In this document: positions 16,335 to 29,967 of the stretch, piece after piece
Position numbering within the stretch: the stretch's first letter is position 1
Layout: each line of letters starts with the position of its first letter
Origin: Octopus vulgaris
Taxonomy: Eukaryota
Reading direction: 5' to 3'
Length of the DNA stretch: 64,000 nt
NCBI GenBank assembly: GCA_951406725.2
Contig: OX597815.1
Span: 192,882,001 to 192,946,000 of the forward strand
Notes under the pieces: model-generated
Databases searched by the model: none
What the model was told of the DNA's origin: nothing
Seen by the model: only the letters and a program-made list of their open reading frames with translations
Translations under genes and position numbers: made by a program

Positions 16335-16338
16335 AAGG

Positions 16339-16373
<35 letters not shown>

Positions 16374-16377
16374 AAGG

Positions 16378-16409
<32 letters not shown>

Positions 16410-16413
16410 AAGG

Positions 16414-16454
<41 letters not shown>

Positions 16455-16458
16455 AAGG

Positions 16459-16490
<32 letters not shown>

Positions 16491-16494
16491 AAGG

Positions 16495-16529
<35 letters not shown>

Positions 16530-16533
16530 AAGG

Positions 16534-16568
<35 letters not shown>

Positions 16569-16572
16569 AAGG

Positions 16573-16629
<57 letters not shown>

Positions 16630-16661
16630 GCTGGTGCTGGTGGTGCTGGTGGTGGTTGTGG

Positions 16662-16693
<32 letters not shown>

Positions 16694-16711
16694 GTGCTGC
16701 TGCTGCTGCTG
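16072..16711. repeat. Compound trinucleotide repeat: (AGT)n punctuated by AGAAGGAGA, ending in GGT/GCT
   Basis: Seen directly. Confidence 0.97.
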
Positions 16712-19700
16712 GGAATTCGAAATTGCTGGATAAAAATTCGCAATATGAAATTGGATGAGTTTTCGGGCGATTCTATTTTCAAAGCTGCGAAACTACTTGA
16801 TTGCTTCAGCTCTGCAGTTTCATTGATCAAACCTCGAAGCACATCTAATTACATGATTAATGGTGTTGAAAATGCGTTTAGTAACTATTCTCAATTCGCT
16901 TTCGGTGGTGGGAATATTAGCCTGCATTTGAGATTGGTGAATAAATTAAGTTTGTGGTCCTTAAAGGTGATTCATTGATGGCATGTGTCGTTTGGTGAAG
17001 CAATTCATTTGGCAGTTTTATTTTTAACAGAGTAGCTCGTTCTCTTGCTATGAAGTTCGTGGTGTACTTATATCAAGGGGATATTTTCTTTGAATGTTTT
17101 GGTAATGCACTTTGTTATGAGTTGATTGTGCCTTGTAATGCCTCTTTCGCATAGGCCCCTCTTTGTCTGCAAGAATATAAATGAGAAAGTATTATTTTAA
17201 CAGTATCATGTAATTGTTCAAAGATTTTAGGAATGCATTTGTACAATGTTGAAATCTCGTTTTTATCGCGTTAATGAGGTTGGATTTAAAATTCTCGCGA
17301 TACACTTCCTTGATTTAAATCCGTATTTATCCATAGACGTTTCTATGATGCCATTTTTGATGAAGTAGATTTTCCAGATACATCTGCTTGACATTAATTA
17401 AGCTTCTTGTCTTCTTAATCGGTATGTGATATAAGGCTTTCTGTACAGAATCTGCTTCTTCTTCGGGATATATGGAAAGTAGTGCTTCTCCATAGCAAAC
17501 CACTAATATTCAGTTTGTTGATAGGATTCAACAAGATTTGTTATACGTAAATATGTAAAATCGGCAATGAATCTTGTAGGTGGAGTATAGAGGCTGCAAA
17601 GCAGGTGCAATTTAAGACAGTATTTTTGCGGCATATAAAGGAACATCTTTATTAATAATTTAATCGAATGAACAGATGCTTTTTTATATGGTATAAAAAT
17701 ACACTATTAAACCATATATCTATATGTCACCACTATACACCATCCACAAGATGAACAAAAAAACAACAAATAGCTTGGAAAGCAGGAACATTTTACATCT
17801 GACAAAAGCAAGTGAACCGAATCGTTGATGTCACTATAAACCTTCCCTTGTTGAAATGAAAAGAAATATACTTTACTTAAACATATTCAATAAACAATGT
17901 TTTTACATTACGTATACATTAATAGAATAAACTGTCGGTTTTCCGAGTAGCGAATTAAAACTTAAAAGAGAAATTGAGACACTTTGCAAAGGAAAATGGT
18001 ATACTCCGCAGTGAATGCAATGAATATTTGTATTTGCGAGAAAATGGAGTTAAAAATTCAATAAACTTGAGAAATCGAAATTATAGGAAATTTCTTAGAA
18101 CATGAATTCATAAAAATATTTCAAGATGGTCAAACCCTTTAATAATTGCTTTCTTTTAGTATTTTTAGTAATTGTTACATACCTAATTAATAAGCAGCTT
18201 TCTCTATTATAGTATAGATGCTTCAGTTGGTTTCGTTAAACCTTGTGATGTACGACCAATTGCTGTGATAGAAAAAATATTCCCCACAAATGGTTTCAAT
18301 AAAGAAAAATTTGGAAGAATTAGATGAAAGTTCTCCGGTAATTTTCTTTCATGTGAATAAATGTTCATTTATAAAATTTGCCCACAAAATCTTATAAAAT
18401 GACAATGTTCTAAAAGTTGTAAATTTTTATGTTATATATGAAAATAAAAATTTTATATTTCTTATGTGAACATACTTTTGTCACAGAGAAACAATTTAGC
18501 ACAACATAAGATACTTGTGCATAGTAACTATTATACATTAAAGGAATTATTACCCTCTGTCCATCATGGTTTATAACTTTTATTCTCTAAATTTTGTGAG
18601 TCATAGTTATAAAACAGCAATGATATGCATAGATAAAACGCTGAATATCTCCCGAATAGAGAGGAACGTACGCTGGACGGCTGGGGTTTATTTCTGGTGT
18701 CAAGAAATAGATGAGAGATAATTACTGCTTGTAAATAAGGCGCAGTCTATCGCAGATAAATTTTCAAGATGATCCGAAGTGAGTGAATAAAGTGTTCTGT
18801 GCAATGGGGTTTATATTCCCATACTCGGGGTTAGCTATAGATGTTACACAATCTGACTTTTTTTTTCCTTCATAACTTTCAGGAAGATGGGTATATTTTA
18901 ATGAATATTTATACAAATCCCTTTCAAACGGCATAGATTACCATTACAAGGAAATTTGTGAGGAAAATTTTTTCGAGAATTTTCCCCCGCTATTTTTAAA
19001 CTACAACCTTCGAAATGATGGGTTGGGGTGGGGGACATCTTTTTTTACATCCCCTCCCTCATCATTCCACTCCAGACCTATTTTGGCCGTTTTTTCAATA
19101 TGCAGTTTCACCCCATCCTCATCGCACCGTTAATCTCGTTCATGTTTCTATTCACATTTAGGAAACTATGAGAATATGAAATCAGCCCCAGTACATTTAC
19201 TAGTATTTTAAATTAGTAATGCCAGAAAGCGCGTGACCTAGTGGTTAAGCTGTTACACTCACGATCGCTAGATCGTGGGTTCGATTTCCTCAAAAGGCGG
19301 CGCGTCCTGTTCTTGAGCAAAACACGTCATTTCACATTGTTCCAGTCCTCCTTCGATCAGTAGGGATTGTTGGCCTGCACACCTAGCCAGCGGGGTGGCG
19401 TCATTTAAAGGCTAAAACAATTCAAAAAAGTGCATTGTAACCAGCGATGTATAACGACATCTGAAGATGAAAGATAAAAAACAGTCCAGTTGTAAACATA
19501 CCATTTATTTTTCTTGTTTTCAGAGAGAGTGTGCCCAGGATTGAAGTATCCAACATGTTTTTCTTTTTATAAAAATGGTAAGCTGTGATTTGAAGGAGAA
19601 CTGGCTACTATTCCAACCAATTAAACCAATATATAGAGACTCTACCATTGTCCCAATAATAAAGGTGTCTTCTATCGAGTCCTGAAATCGTTATTCTGTG

Positions 19701-19984
19701 AACTTCTGGTGCAGAGAAGATTCATGATATGAAAATAAGAAAAAATATATATTATGTTCGCTAAGAAAGAAAGGAAAGAATTTTGGTACACAAAGTTAAG
19801 TTTACTACTGCCAACAGCAGTTATATATAAGGAAACAAATTGTATCTTATGGGTTATTTTAGAAACGGAATATACAGTTGATAGAGCTCGTGGGATGAAC
19901 TTCGTATTAAAAAATATATATGGGGACGAACAAAAATATGTATCAAAAATATGGTTGCGGGAAAGCTGGTATCTCAAATGACAA

Positions 19985-20290
19985 TTTGAGACCCCCTTCA
20001 GTCATGACTGACCGTGGGATTGCACCTAGAAAGTTACCCCCCCCCCAGGCACAAGTCCGGGCAAGATTGTTTATGGAAGACCAGCAGTCGCCCATGCATA
20101 CCGGCCTCCCTTCTCCACGCTACCAGTGTTACCCAAGGCAAAGGCAAAGGGGCCGATACAGCTTGGCACCTGTGACGTCGCAACTCATTTCTACAGCTGA
20201 GTGAACTGGAGCAACGTGAAATAAAGTGTCTTGCTCAAGAACACAACACGCAGCCCGGTCCGGGATTCGAACTCACAACCTCACGATCAT
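19985..20290 (-). mobile_element. SINE family 3 variant with alternative tail
   Basis: B box gttcgaatccc on minus; tail shared with 25001-25203. Confidence 0.78.
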
Positions 20291-20953
20291 GACAATATTC
20301 TGTCGTAATTCTTATGGCTTTCATTGTATGAAAATTAGCGGATATTTTAACTTCACGTGAGAGATTATCACACATACACACATGGTCTCTCTCTCTCTCA
20401 CACACACACGCGTAGACAAATCGTATTCACAATAAACATACATATACACACACTCATGTATATAAACAAAGCAAGATCCAATATTTGTTACTTGTAAAGA
20501 AGCATCTTTTTAACAGAATAAAACATTTTCCCCTGTAGTCCAAACAAAGTTGTATTATTTATTTCCTTGGCTTGTCGGGGAGTAACCCCGGCATTTATAA
20601 CAGTCAATCTTATGCTGTTTTCTCTTCATATTTAAAGAAACAAAGTATGAGACGGAGCCGCAGGCCGTAGGCAGAAAACAGCGCAAGAATATATGATTTG
20701 TTTAAAGCACAAAGGTATAAATTATAATACAATGACTTTCCCAGATATATTTCAGAGAAACCATACAATGAATGCAAGCCTTTGATCTGATGTCTAGTCA
20801 GAGCTGACCCGAGGCTAAACAACAACTGCAACTACTACTACTACTACTACTACCATGCACACATAATCTACCAAATGGCGTTTATAATTCGAACATCTAT
20901 TATAATTCCATTTACGTCTAAGACGTCTTTATAGGAATATACTTGACTTCGTA

Positions 20954-21376
20954 AAGGCGGCGAGCTGGCAGAACCGTTAGCACGCTGGGCGAAATGCTTA
21001 GCAGTATTTCGTCTGCCGCTACGTTCTGAGTTCAAATTCCGCCGAGGTCGACTTTGCCTTTCATCCTTTCAGGGTCGATAAATAAAAGTACCAGTTTCGC
21101 ACTGGGGTCGATGTAATCGACTTAATCCCTTTGTCTGTCCTTGTTTATCCTCTCTGTGTTTAGCCCCTTGTGGGTAGTAAAGAAATAGGTATTTCGTCTG
21201 CCGTTACGTTCTGAATTCAAATACCGCCGAGGTTGACTTTGCCTTTCATCCTTTCAGGGTCGATAAATAAATGTATCAACGGCCATTCGCACTGGGGTCG
21301 ATGTAATCGACTTAATCCCTTTGTCTGTCCTTGTTTGTCCCCTCTATGTTTAGCCCCTTGTGGGCAGTAAAGAAAT
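20954..21376 (+). mobile_element. Dimeric SINE family 2 with a single TSD
   Basis: 17-bp duplication atatacttgacttcgta at 20937-20953 and 21377-21393. Confidence 0.93.
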
Positions 21377-21720
21377 ATATACTTGACTTCGTACACAACT
21401 TCGATCCTCTCTGCTGTTGTAAATCAGTACTTAATCTAATGATTGATAGTTTACGAAAAGAAAAGTTTTATTTTTAATTTTTTTATGATATTAATTAACA
21501 TACCGCTATTAATCAGGGATTGGTTGTAGAGGCTGTTAGGTACGTTGTTGTGTGCTTTTTCACATCAGCGTTTACTGCGTGCCTTACTGTATCTTTTCTG
21601 GTGTTAGGGCTTCAAGAATTTTTTTATCGTCTCCAATTTTCGTCGACCAATATTTCTGAGCTACAGATTATGTCTTAAATACATTTGAAAGCCAATAAAC
21701 TTCTTATAAAATCTTCGAAA

Positions 21721-22035
21721 GTGGATGCGCAATGGCCCAGTGGTTAGGGCAGCGGACTCGCGGTCGGAGGATCGCGGTTTCGATTCCCAAATCGGGCATT
21801 GTGTGTGTTTATTGAGCGAAAGCACCTAAAGCTCCTCGAAGCTCCGGCAGGGGATGGTGCCGACCCCTGTTTAACTCTTTTGCCCCTACTTTCTCTCACT
21901 CTCTCTTCCTGTTTCTTGAGTAACGCTGCGATGGACTGGCGTCCCGTCCAGCTGGAGTGGAAGACATGCGCCACAGAAACCGGGAAACAGGGCCCATGAG
22001 CCTGGCTAAGCTTGAAAAGGGCGCATAAATAAATA
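21721..22035 (+). mobile_element. tRNA(Arg)-like SINE family 3
   Basis: tggcccagtggttagggcagcggactcgcgg head (TCG anticodon-like) and ggtttcgattccc B box. Confidence 0.85.
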
Positions 22036-23951
22036 ATATGATCTCCGAAATATGATAATGCGAAGCTAAAATGCAGAGATACTGCCATGCGCATTCAACT
22101 CGAACTGCGAAACCGCTTCAAGTGGCTTCAATGCATTTTTGATGAGCCTAATCCACACCCCAAAACGAGTGAAACAACCTCAAGCATCTTTGGCAAAAAG
22201 CATCAAGATAAGAACTGTGGTTTACCAAGCATAATCGAAATTAGTAGATATCGGGACACACCGTAAAACTTTCTAAGTGGGCTATATGTGCTCAAAATTA
22301 ATTACTCAGGCGACAAAAGACCTATTCTGTCCGTACCGATTGTAATGAATCGGCGCATCGTGGATTTAGACATGCAAAATGCGTCTATAATCGAAAACTT
22401 ACGAAAACTTTTAAAGTCGATCACAAGTGCCTAGTAACAAGTGAAATGACTTTCAATGCTCAATGAGCCATTATTTTGGAATTTAGATAATGGTCTCACT
22501 TGATGGTGTAACCATTTTTCAAACCCATAACCATGACATGCTTAATAACCGGCCGCAATTAGACTCTCCTGGTACCGTTCTTTATACATGCAATTTGGAG
22601 GATTGATCATTCACAGAATTGCAGTCGGTTACGTGGGTCCACTCATTCGTTGAACTCCTCAGCAGGTTGGTCCTAGCAGCATTATAGAACAAACTTTATT
22701 GAGGTATTTAGCATGAAATAAACTCTCATTTAGGCTTTTAGTGCAAAACGCACGCTTGTTTATATCGTTAGCGGGGAGATAACTCCCCACCAACTCCAGT
22801 GCCGAGGCCACCAGATCACGTTATTTCGATCTTCCTTAGTCTCATCGGTGATAGGCACTCGACCGCTAGAAATAGCAGCAATTTTAGAAAATCAGTGCCT
22901 GAACAGTCACTGGTGTCACGATTAGCCAGTAAGCTTATTAAAAATATTTTATTAGCATCAGCGGTAGTATTAATACGGAGAGGTAATATTTATTACCACT
23001 TAAACGTGGATGTTCAGTTAGATAAAAACAAGCATGTGTATTTAACACCAAAAGCCGATATGAGAGTTTCTTTCATGGCATCTACCGCAGTAAAGTTTGA
23101 TCTAAGTGGGAATAAATATTACTTATAAGTTTATACATCAGAGCATCATCAACAAAATGGCAGAAAGAAGAGATGATTACTTTAAACAAGTGTATAGCAA
23201 GAATAACAAAAGTCCTAGATCTAAACACTTTGATATCCCTGATATTATCGGGGTTGCTATTGATTTCAAGACCATTCAGCAACATCTGTAGCACCCTGTC
23301 ACTAAACAAGGCTCCTTCCTACCACATATAATTCTTATTGATTCTCTGTATTAGTTTACTTGAAGATATCGCGTTGAAAACTTTGGTAATATCTTGAACT
23401 ATTACACTCATACTGATATATTTTGTCCCAGATTTCGATCAGATTTTGTTAAAAGATAGGATTTACAGTTATGACGTGTTCTAAAACCATGCAGGTATTC
23501 ATTGATCGTTTTACTAATATCGATAATCTTTTGACATTACAACAATTTATTCTGTTCTCTATCTAGGGATTTAAGATATAGTATGACGTAGGGATTATCA
23601 AGACGAATTACATAAACTTTGGTAGCTCTGTGTGTGATGCTTTGGTCAAAAACGAATCACGTAAACATCTGGCGTATCAACCGCCATTCGCTGTCTTTCA
23701 TAATTTAGTTAACTGATACTTTACATTTTATGCTTTCGATCACAACTAGTGAATTAAGATATTTAGATAAAAGAAAATAATGTCTAAGATTGTAATACTT
23801 GTTGCAAAGCTTAAACACAGGAGCAATTACAAAATTAAATTTATTTGGACAATGTTGCATTATTGAGAATATTAGTTGAAACACTATCCACTAAGCGCTT
23901 ACGTTCAAATCTACGTAAAGTACATACATACATACATACATATATACGTAC

Positions 23952-24045
<94 letters not shown>

Positions 24046-24754
24046 CTCTATCTCTCTCTCTCTCACTCCTCCCCATCTTTGTCACTGCTAGCCAAAACTA
24101 CTTCTTTTTACATGCGGACTTCAAACTGTGAACACACATTTGCATTCCCTTGCGCTGCCAGAATCTCCTCCGTCTAAGCCAGAAAAAGGCCTTTTCGTTT
24201 GTTTTCTTGTTTATTTTTATTTCTCGTATTGTATTTTCTTGTACATGTATTTTTATCTTGTAATTTATTTTGTATTTTTATTTTCATTTGTATCGTTTTT
24301 ACGTCCTGTTTGTGTTACATTTTTTTTTTCTTTCTTGTTTTTACCCCTCTGCGAAGTAATTTTATTTTAATTCTCTCGCAGGAAGGGCTAGTTTCGACGA
24401 GTCGTGTTCTGTCTTACCTTCGAAACACGCTAGAGTTGAACTAGAGACAGCTGATGAAGGGGGGTTTTCCTTGTGTAGTTTGTCTTGTACTCTGTTTTTC
24501 TGTTGTAAAAAAATGGTTTGTTCCATGCTTGTTTTTCCGTTTTCGTTTCTCGTTGAGTTCTAAGTATAGTTGTGGTGTCCTGTACTCACGTATATATATT
24601 TATATATGCATGTATATGTACATGTAGATGTAGGTACGTACATATATGTTTGTATGTATGCATATATCTTATTTATTACACTATTGTTTGACAGCGTCCT
24701 CGCGTCGATTCGATTCGATTCGTTCATTTCGTTCCGTTCTTATTCTCCAAGTAC

Positions 24755-24811
<57 letters not shown>

Positions 24812-25000
24812 CACACATACATATGTATGTGTGTGTGTGATTACATAAAGCAAAAATGTACACAAACAGACAACTAAATAGATACATAGACATACATGTT
24901 AAGTCTGGGGAAGGGAGATCAATGCCTATGATCTCAGCAGGTCCTCTTTCTGTCTAAAGACACTCTTGCCAAGCCTTTCAGAAATCCATGGTTCCCTATT

Positions 25001-25485
25001 TTTTTGCGACCCCATTCGGTCATGAATGACCATTGGATTGCACCTAGAAAGTTACCCTCCGAGGCACAAGTCTGGGCAAGATTGTTTTATGGAAGACCAG
25101 CAGTCGCCCATGCATACCAGCCTCCTCTCTCCACGCCACCGATGTTATCAAAGAGAGAGGTAATGGCCGATACAGCTTGGCACCAGTGACATCGCAGCTC
25201 ATTTATTAACGTGTAAGTGGCTGAGCACTCCACAGACACGTGTACCCTTAACGTAGTTCTCGGGGAGATTCAGCATGACACAGAGTGTGACAAGGCTGGC
25301 CCTTTGAAATACAGGTACAACGAAACAGGAGGAAAGAGTGAGAGAAAATTGTAGTGAAAGAGTACACTCGTGGAACTTTAGATGTTTTTGCTCTATAAAC
25401 ACTCACAATGCCCGGTCTGGGAATCGAAACCGCAGTCCTACCACCGCGAGTCCGCTGCCCTAACCACTGGGCCATTGCGCCTCCA
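25001..25485 (-). mobile_element. Chimeric SINE family 3 with TSD
   Basis: Flanked by ggttccctatt (24990-25000 and 25489-25499). Confidence 0.85.
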
Positions 25486-26008
25486 CACGGTTCCCTATTA
25501 GAATATCTAATATGACAGTTTTTTTTTTATTCAACATCAATATTACAAAACTTTGTCCCTGGATAATAAAATCTGTGTATGAAAACTATGTCCCTGGAAT
25601 TGATAATAAAAACAATATCTTTATTTCACCGTCGACGGCGAGCAGGAAAGATGAAGGCTTCCTCTGCAGGGTACTGCTCATAGAACCTTAGTATATTTTG
25701 CAAAGTGGGGATAATAAGAAGACTGTAAGATTGGTGAAAATCGCTTTGGCAATAGACTTACTGACGTGATTTATTATATTTGATAACATAGGTTCGAGAA
25801 CAAGGGGTGAAAGGGTGCCAATGTGTCCCTAAAATTTTGCGTAGGTAATGAAAACGCTTTGAACATCCTCCTGGAAAACTTTATCGCCGAAACGAACGAG
25901 TTTAGAAACATTTTTGAACTGATTTGAAACATTACTTTTCCATAATTGGGTTTATCTGATTTGATAAATGCGTAAAAATAATGATTATTACTAATATACT
26001 TGTATTTA

Positions 26009-26220
26009 AGGCGCCGAGCTGCTAGAATCGTTAGCACCGCAGAGAAAATGCTTAGCAGTATTTCATCCATCTTTACGTCCTGACTGCAAATTCCGCCGAG
26101 GTTTACTTAGCTTTTCATCTTTACGGGTTCGATAAAATAAGTACCAGTTGAATACTGGGGTCGATATAATCAACTCCCTCCCGGCACACGAAAAATTGCT
26201 GGTTTTATGCCAAAATTTGT
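26009..26220 (+). mobile_element. SINE family 2, older copy
   Basis: Diverged family 2 head, core and tail. Confidence 0.75.
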
Positions 26221-27157
26221 TTGTTTTGATATTAAGATTGAAAAAAATCGACCTTGCTTGTAAAAAAAAATTGGTCTTAGATTTACGCCCATTAAGCAAA
26301 TTTCGTTCCCGCATTTATGTTCCACAAGGAGTTGTTCTTGGGATAGAAAATAACTATGGGCTCGACATGCCACATGCTTCATCGGTGTTTATTTTTAGGA
26401 AACAGATAAGATAGTCCTCATATTTCCTATATTTAACATTTTGTCTTAATATATTAAATCATAAAATGTGTTCGATAGGAATAATATTTCCAAAGAAAAC
26501 AGATATTTCCCCCATATATCGTCATATGATGCACTTGGACACATCATCAGAGATGCTTCCTGGAGTCACTAGGTGTTTCCGGGTCTTTCATCCAGGCGAC
26601 TCAACTAGGGTTGACCAGCGTCCAGTTAGTTCTACCTCTGAGAGCACTTCCCCTTCCAGGATTCGCACCTCTTGTCCCACAGTCAGCTTGAAGCATCCTA
26701 TGCCACCTCCACAGCTAATCTGATGGCCTTCCACTTGATGACCCTTGTAACGCCAAACATGCTGTAAAAGTCTGTAGAGGAACTGGCCAGCAAAACTCCT
26801 GCATCCTGTCTCGAAAGGATCACATCTCGATTGCCATCCACTTGCTCAGCATATTTCCTCCTTTTCCATAGAATCAGAAATACCGTTTTTGGCACCAAGA
26901 TAAAAATTCCTGAATCTGAGATCCAGACAATTAGAAAATTTACTGACAATTCTTTGTTTAGTTGAGTCTGTTTTTTTTTTCGCAAGATTAATAATAATTT
27001 TTAATAGTTAGTTTTCGTTGAAACTATTTTTATTTTTTAATGTTTATATAATTATTGTTTTTAATTCGAATTAAAATATTTTTAATTGTTTCTTTGATTT
27101 AAAAATTTTCCAATATGATTTAGGTCAAATGTTAATAATGTGTAGCAGAATTTTAGA

Positions 27158-27368
27158 TTTTGGTACAAAGTCAGCTATTTCGGGGGAGGGGTAAGTCGAT
27201 TCCATCGTCCCCCCAGTGCTTAGCTTATACCAATTTTTTCAACCTCGATAAAATGAAAGTCAAAGTCAAAGTCGACTTCGGCGGAATTTGAACTCAAGAT
27301 GTGAAGACGGATGAAATGCCGTTAAGCATTTTGACCGGCGTGCTAACGATTCTAATAGCTTGCCCTCT
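27158..27368 (-). mobile_element. SINE family 2, older copy
   Basis: gtcgacttcggcggaatttgaactc core. Confidence 0.78.
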
Positions 27369-27557
27369 TTAATAATGCGAAAATACTATTATAGATAGCG
27401 GTCCGTGGTGCATTGTGCGCGTTCCATGTCGGGTCACCAATTATAGATAGTGGTTCGTAGTCCACGTCGGGTCAACAGTTATAGATCATTAAGGTGATGT
27501 GTAGTGTGACCATCTAATAACGATTCATATCAGAAGGCTGAAACAATGCATATTAGG

Positions 27558-27940
27558 AGCACTCCGTCGGTTACGACGATGAGGGTCCCAGCTGATACGA
27601 TCAACGGAACAGCTTGCTCGTGATATTAACGTGTAAGTGGCTGAGCACTCCACAGACACGTGTACCCTTAACGTAGTTCTCGAGGATATTCAGCGTGACA
27701 CACAGAATGTGACAAGGCTGGCCCTTTGAAATACAGGTACAAGAGAAACAGGAAGAAAGAGCGAGAGAAAGTTGTGGTGAAAGAGTACAGCAGGGATCAC
27801 CACCATCCCCTGCCGGAGCCTCGTGGAGCTTTTAGGTGTTTTCGTTCAATAAACACTCACAACGCCCGGTCTGGGAATCGAAACCGCGATCCTATGACCG
27901 CGAGTCCGCTGCCCTAACCACTGGGCCATTGCGCCTCCGC
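27558..27940 (-). mobile_element. SINE family 3, full length
   Basis: Near-identical to 38770-39156. Confidence 0.9.
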
Positions 27941-28109
27941 ACACAACCGAGTAGAATGTTTGGAGAGAGATTTTATTGGTATGTTAACATGTACATGTCA
28001 TGTATATAAAAATAAATGACAGGCCGTCATAAGAACAAAGTGTATGTGTGTCAGTGTGTGCGTTAAGTACATATAAGAACAATGAAGAGGAAGAAAGTGA
28101 AAGTCTAAT

Positions 28110-28264
28110 AGGCATAAAAGTGGCTGTGTGGTAAGTAGCTTGCTTACGAACCACATGGTTCCGGGTTCAGTCCCACTGCGTGGTACTTTGGGCAAGTGTC
28201 TTCTACTATAGCCTCGGGCCGACCAAAGCCTTGTGAGTGGATTTGGTAGGCGGAAACTGTTGTG

Positions 28265-28354
<90 letters not shown>

Positions 28355-28572
28355 GTGTGTATATGTTTATGTGTCTGTGTTTGTCCCCCGCCCAACATCG
28401 CTTAACAACTGACGTTAGTATGTTTACGTCCCCGTCACTTAGCGGTTCGGAATGAGAGACCGATAGAATAAGTACTAGGCTTACAAAGAATAAGTCCTGG
28501 GATCGACTCGCTCGACTAAAGGCGGTGCTCCAGCATGGCCGCAGTCAAATGACTGAAACTAGTAAAAGAAAA
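28110..28572 (+). mobile_element. SINE family 1 with expanded internal (TG)n
   Basis: Matches 370-790. Confidence 0.9.
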
Positions 28573-28579
28573 AATAAAT

Positions 28580-29270
28580 ATACAAAAGAGACAGTGGAGC
28601 CACTGGAGCTCCAAGATGCAACCGAAAATGTGGATTCTGTCATATTCCTGTGGAAGATATCATACCTGTGATTAGCAGCTTCCCAAAAATGCCATTAAGC
28701 TACTATCTCCTTACGTGACATTACTTTGTCGCAGAGACAATATACGCTGACATTCGGAGAAAAAGACGGTATTGGAATAAAGATAAACAATCCCCCTGTT
28801 ATTGAATACATACTCAATAGTCAACACAAGGAATACTGGGGGGATATTCCCATCAAAGTCATCTGACAAGTGTAAACATAAGGGGCAAGATATTGTTGTT
28901 TGGGACAAACAAGAAAAAGTATATACCATCATGGAGATCAGTGGTGCTACTGACGTGAGTATCTCTTTGAAAATCAAAGAGAAAGCGGATAACTATGGAC
29001 AACTGCTTCGAAACCTTCAACTTCTATTTTCAAATGATAAATTCCCATTTATACTAATAATAATTGGTCCACTTGGTTTTGTGAGTAAATGTCTAAGTGA
29101 TAATTTGGATAAGCTAGGGGTTTTAGAAAAAGAAATCAACAAACTCGCACATTACAGATACGATCTGTAAGTGGAACAGTAAAGATATGCAAGACTTTTC
29201 TCAAGTTCAAAATTGTTCACATTGTTTTTGTTATTTACATTCAAACGTTGGAGTTTTGTATCTTTGTAAG
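28580..29270 (+). pseudogene. 3' fragment of an RLE-endonuclease non-LTR retrotransposon (R4/NeSL-like)
   Basis: Degenerate CCHC knuckle (CGFCHIPVEDII.VISS.PKM), then KHKGQDIVVWDKQEKVYTIMEISGATDVSISLKIKEK...IIIGPLG, resembling the RPD...D...K RLE motif. Confidence 0.75.
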
Positions 29271-29329
29271 AATCCAGCTCCTCCCTTAGAGAAATGGTCA
29301 AAGCAATTAAAAATAGATGAGAGCAAACA

Positions 29330-29965
29330 TACAAACATACATACATACACACACATACATACACACACATGCAAACATACAAACATACATACATACATAC
29401 ATGCATACATGCATACACACACACGCACATACATACATACATACATACATACATACATACATACATACATACATACATACATACTAGCCACTACACATAT
29501 TTTTTCTGTGTCCCTTTCTGTAGAAAAGCGTAGGCTCGAAACATTATACATCAATACATACATACATACATACATACATACATACATACATACATACATA
29601 CATACATACATGCATACATACATACATACATACATACATACATACATACATACATACATGCATATATACATGCATACATACATACATACATACATACATA
29701 CATACATACATACATACATACATACATACATACATACATACTAGCCACTACACATATTTTTTCTGTGTCCCTTTCTGTAGAAAAGCGTAGGCTCGAAACG
29801 TAAAAGACTTTTTCAATTCCTGAGCGTTATACTAATACATCTGTTTGTTTTGTACACTACCTGTCTTCGTCTTTTGTTTTTTTTTCGTGAACTCTCCCCC
29901 TACATACATACATACATACATACATACATACATACATACATACATACATACATACATACATGCAT
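29330..29965. repeat. (ATAC)n tracts interleaved with Penelope-like terminal fragments
   Basis: Block ctagccactacacatat...taggctcgaaac occurs twice (about 29484 and 29741). Confidence 0.85.
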
Positions 29966-29967
29966 GC

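Noticed and set aside
16009-16978. 249-303 aa poly-S, poly-T and poly-V ORFs
   Set aside because: Artefacts of the trinucleotide repeat; no recognisable domain.
21721-21795. tRNA-Arg-like sequence
   Set aside because: SINE head that continues into a SINE body, with no proper acceptor stem.
24372-24465. Hammerhead ribozyme in a Penelope-like fragment
   Set aside because: Core and cleavage triplet are too degenerate to call.
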